Made by a program: the position numbers and the translations under genes. This document shows positions 35,837 through 38,355 of a stretch of 38,355 bases of DNA, piece after piece. This DNA comes from Myxococcota bacterium (GTDB lineage Bacteria > Myxococcota > UBA727 > JABDBI01), in assembly GCA_052034245.1 (NCBI GenBank), contig JBPOIV010000173.1, forward strand, positions 1 through 38,355. Direction: 5' to 3'. The notes beneath the pieces are model-generated. The model made no database searches, was not told where the DNA came from, and worked only from the letters and a program-made list of their open reading frames with translations. How positions within the stretch are numbered: the stretch's first letter is position 1; each line of letters opens with the position of its first letter.

Positions 35837-37357
35837 ATGAACGAAACAGAAAAAACTAAATCTTTTGCCGCCAAAGCGCGCGATTTGTTTTGGCCCATTT
35901 ATGGTTCCGAACATAAAATTTGGCTTCCCATGGCTTCGATGGTGGGGTTGATTTTGTTCAACTATACCGTCGCAAGAAACATGAAAGACGGCCTCGTTAT
36001 TACCGCGACTGGCTCTTCGGAAGTACTTCCTTTTCTTAAAGGTGCGGTGGTTTTGCCTGCAGCCTTGGTGTTCTTTTTTATCTACGCAAAACTTTCCAGT
36101 CTTCTTAATAAGCGGGCTTTATTTTATACCATTATCGGTGGATTCTTAGTTTTCTTCGTATTGTTTGCCACCGTTCTTTACCCGCTCCATCCTTACCTTC
36201 ACCCGACAGAAAGTGCTGATCAGCTTCAAGCATGGCTTCCTGCTGGACTCAAAGGTTTAGTGGATGTTTATCGTGTGTGGACCTTCTCTCTTTTCTACAC
36301 CATGTCCGAACTTTGGGGCGCTGCCGTATCAGCGTTGATGTTTTGGCAATTCGCTAACGACGTTATTCGTGTGAAAGAAGCTAAGCGTTTTTATGCTCAC
36401 TTCTATTTGCTCGCCAACGTATTTACCGCCTTGTCTGGTGTGGTGGTAAACCAACTTTCGCAAGTACGAAAAGGCCTACCAGAAGGCGTGGATCCTTGGG
36501 GTGTGTCGATCAACTATCTAACCGCCGTGATGACTTTGTGCGGCCTCTTAGTTTTGGCGATTTATTTTTACCTCAACAAATATGTTTTCAATGATGAATA
36601 TCTTGCAAGGGTTGCTGCAGAGAAGAATGAAAAACCAAAGAAAGAAAAGCTCAAACTTTCTACTATCGACGGTATCAAGCATCTTCTTCGCTCCAAGTAT
36701 TTGGGTCTGATTGCTCTTTTGGTTATTTGCTACGGTGTTACTATCAACCTCGTTGAAGTATCCTGGAAAGGCCAAGTGGGACGTCAGTTCACTACCGGTA
36801 ATGAATACACTGCGTTCATGGGTTATTTGTCGACTTCGACTGGTATTGCAACCATCATCGCCATCTTCATTGGTTCTATCTTGGTACGTAAGCTAGGCTG
36901 GCGCTTTGCTGCTTTGGCAACTCCAATTGTATTGGGCGGAACTGGTATCATGTTCTACCTTTGCGTACTGTATCCAGAACTAGTTTCACCTCTTGGTATT
37001 GCTATGAGTATTTCGCCATTGTTCTTAGGCGTGCTTATTGGTCTTGCCCAGAACGTGTTGTCGAAGAGTATCAAATATGCGCTCTTTGATCCTACCAAAG
37101 AAATGGCTTATATTCCTCTTGATGATGAGTCGAAGATGCGCGGTAAAGCTGCGATCGACGTGGTTGCTAATCGCTTCGGTAAATCGGGCGGTGGCTACAT
37201 CCAAATCGCACTCTTTGCGACCGTTGGTCCTCTCAGTGTGATTACCCCTCATCTCGCGTTGATCTTTACTCTCTTCATCGCTATTTGGATTTTGGCAGTA
37301 TGGTCATTGAGCAAAAAGTTTGAAGCTGCGTGCAAACAACAAGACGCTGCAAAATAA
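35837..37357 (+). CDS. tlc: ATP/ADP translocase / nucleotide transporter (Tlc/NTT family)
   Basis: 506 aa with about 12 TM segments. The N-terminus, FWPIYGSEHKIWLPMASMVGLILFNYTVARNMKDGLVIT...GSSEVLPFLKG, is the characteristic start of rickettsial/chlamydial/plastid NTTs. Also SELWGAAVSALMFWQFANDV, AKRFYAHFYLLANV, KYALFDPTKEMAYIPLDDESKMRGKAAIDVVANRFGKSGG. Confidence 0.9.
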   Translation: MNETEKTKSFAAKARDLFWPIYGSEHKIWLPMASMVGLILFNYTVARNMKDGLVITATGSSEVLPFLKGAVVLPAALVFFFIYAKLSSLLNKRALFYTIIGGFLVFFVLFATVLYPLHPYLHPTESADQLQAWLPAGLKGLVDVYRVWTFSLFYTMSELWGAAVSALMFWQFANDVIRVKEAKRFYAHFYLLANVFTALSGVVVNQLSQVRKGLPEGVDPWGVSINYLTAVMTLCGLLVLAIYFYLNKYVFNDEYLARVAAEKNEKPKKEKLKLSTIDGIKHLLRSKYLGLIALLVICYGVTINLVEVSWKGQVGRQFTTGNEYTAFMGYLSTSTGIATIIAIFIGSILVRKLGWRFAALATPIVLGGTGIMFYLCVLYPELVSPLGIAMSISPLFLGVLIGLAQNVLSKSIKYALFDPTKEMAYIPLDDESKMRGKAAIDVVANRFGKSGGGYIQIALFATVGPLSVITPHLALIFTLFIAIWILAVWSLSKKFEAACKQQDAAK

Positions 37358-37375
37358 TTAATTTCAAACTTTTTC

Positions 37376-37406
37376 AAAAAAAAGCCTCCCTTTGGGGGGC
37401 TTTTTT
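37376..37406 (+). terminator. Rho-independent terminator after tlc
   Basis: A8, then stem GCCTCCC (37384-37390) / GGGGGGC (37394-37400, one G-U pair) with loop TTT, then T6. Confidence 0.75.
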
Positions 37407-37455
37407 ATTTGTCGATTGTTCACGAGCAAACAACAATAAAAAAAAGAGGTTATTA

Positions 37456-38007
37456 ATGAGACTATTTGCTCCATTAATTCTATTGCTGAGTTGCTCGTTG
37501 TCTCTCACCACTTTTTCGGAATATTCTGAAGACGTAGACCTTAAATGTCCGCCATGGGGTGAGCAAAGTGATACTGCATGCGAAGATAGTTCCGATGATG
37601 GCGATGTTTCGTGTGGTGCGGAAAGTGAAGATTACGGCGATGACACCTATTATCCTGAGACCAGACGTAACAAACATCGTTATTGGTACCAGCAAGGCTT
37701 TGACTGTGAAAGAATAAGAAAAATTTCTAAGCGTCGTTTAGAAAAACAATATGCCCAATCGCGTCGCGATAAAGGTAATCGTAGGGCGGCGAAAACAGAA
37801 AAATGTTTTAAAGCTTATTTAAAAGCTTTAGGGGACCTACAAGATGACGAGAGCACTTCGCCTCAAGTCAAAAGCGCAGCGGAAGGTGAATTCAGAATTC
37901 CTGCCCACCTTGAAGAGCATGCGATGAAAAATGCAAATCCTTGTCCCAAAAGACATGAAAAACACCAACGAAGGTCTGCTTCAGAATTTAGAAATTATCG
38001 AAACTAA
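37456..38007 (+). CDS. Secreted or lipoprotein of unknown function, acidic Cys-containing N-terminal half and strongly basic C-terminal half
   Basis: The internal ATG at 37456 of ORF 37330..38007 follows AGAGG and lies downstream of the tlc terminator. Signal/lipobox MRLFAPLILLLSC. Acidic segment CEDSSDDGDVSCGAESEDYGDD, followed by RRNKHRYWY...KRRLEKQYAQSRRDKGNRRAAK. Confidence 0.6.
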   Translation: MRLFAPLILLLSCSLSLTTFSEYSEDVDLKCPPWGEQSDTACEDSSDDGDVSCGAESEDYGDDTYYPETRRNKHRYWYQQGFDCERIRKISKRRLEKQYAQSRRDKGNRRAAKTEKCFKAYLKALGDLQDDESTSPQVKSAAEGEFRIPAHLEEHAMKNANPCPKRHEKHQRRSASEFRNYRN

Positions 38008-38049
38008 GCTCGTCGTTTCTGCGTATGCAACAACACCCGCGGATTGTTT

Positions 38050-38197
38050 GCCATTGCGAGTGTATTTTTTGCGATTGCAAGCGCACTTTTCGTCATGACC
38101 CGCATATTTTTCGTCATTGCGAGCTTATATTTTTCGTCATGACCGCATATTTTTCGTCATTGCGAGCTTATATTTTTCGTCATGACCGCATATTCTT
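38050..38197. repeat. Tandem array of 20-23-bp modules (CGTCATGACCGCATATTTTT alternating with CGTCATTGCGAGCTTATATTTTT)
   Basis: Modules start at 38050, 38071, 38091, 38112, 38135, 38155 and 38178. The 43-44-bp double unit (38091-38134) is repeated almost exactly at 38135-38177, and a half unit follows at 38178-38197. The two leftmost modules (GCCATTGCGAGTGTATTTTTT, GCGATTGCAAGCGCACTTTT) are diverged. Confidence 0.85.
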
Positions 38198-38295
38198 CGT
38201 CATTGCGAGCGCAGCGCGGCAATCCACGGAGATTACCAAAAAGTTGGTGATTCATCCTTGGATTGCCACGGCCAGTACCTGGCCTCGCAATGACG
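38198..38295. repeat. Large imperfect palindromic element terminating the array
   Basis: Outer arms CGTCATTGCGAG (38198-38209) / CTCGCAATGACG (38284-38295) are a perfect 12 bp. Inner arms GGCAATCCA (38218-38226) / TGGATTGCC (38259-38267) are a perfect 9 bp. It has the same arm sequence as the element at 22464-22504. Confidence 0.85.
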
Positions 38296-38355
38296 TGCTG
38301 AGATGGTGATTCCATTATTTCACACAAACAACGCCCGCTGATTCTTCATCATGGC

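Noticed and set aside
38050-38197. Possible CRISPR array
   Set aside because: The repeat units are contiguous with no unique spacers, the units are only 20-23 bp, and no cas genes lie in the window.
38025-38309. 94-aa ORF on the + strand
   Set aside because: It is simply the tandem CGTCAT array and the palindrome read in frame (repeating FRHCELIF / FVMTAYF peptides). No RBS is present, and the composition is dictated by the repeat.

Overview
This 38.4-kb window looks chromosomal and comes from a diderm (Gram-negative) bacterium. The diderm call rests on LolA-type proteins, lipoproteins and a beta-barrel OMP. It is moderately AT-rich by eye, and the GroEL sequence looks deltaproteobacterial, Bdellovibrionota or Myxococcota-like. 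No similarity search was possible, so every family call comes from motif recognition in the supplied translations.

Housekeeping backbone:
- rpsF-rplI
- groES-groEL
- fabH
- a three-gene biotin-dependent acyl-CoA carboxylase operon
- dcd
- mreB followed by a lipoprotein gene and orphan oppD/oppF ATPases
- pyrD, a FolB-like gene and a LolA-like gene
- pyrE, a small Cys-rich ORF and ridA
- an MDR quinone-oxidoreductase-like gene

Non-routine content:
1. A three-gene cluster at 178-7646 is dominated by a 1618-aa fusion. Its domains are an AstD-like aldehyde dehydrogenase, a lysine-epsilon-aminotransferase-like domain, a GNAT, and a second, degenerate LAT-like domain. A peptidase-C45 (isopenicillin-N-acyltransferase family) Ntn hydrolase and a further class-III aminotransferase follow it. 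I read this as a candidate undescribed 'acylate, transaminate, oxidise, deacylate' pathway.
2. A tandem family of small secreted Met/His/Cys-rich proteins lies at 7709-10605. It is interrupted by a roughly 1.5-kb segment carrying a secreted WD40-like gene. That segment is flanked by roughly 410-bp direct repeats, a layout expected from single-crossover (Campbell-type) integration.
3. An ATP/ADP translocase (Tlc/NTT family) sits next to a histone-H1-like basic protein.
4. A palindromic repeat family with GTCATTGCGAG / CTCGCAATGAC arms is present. One copy is solitary and one is expanded into a tandem array at the right edge of the window.

I found no tRNA, rRNA, CRISPR array, transposase or integrase.
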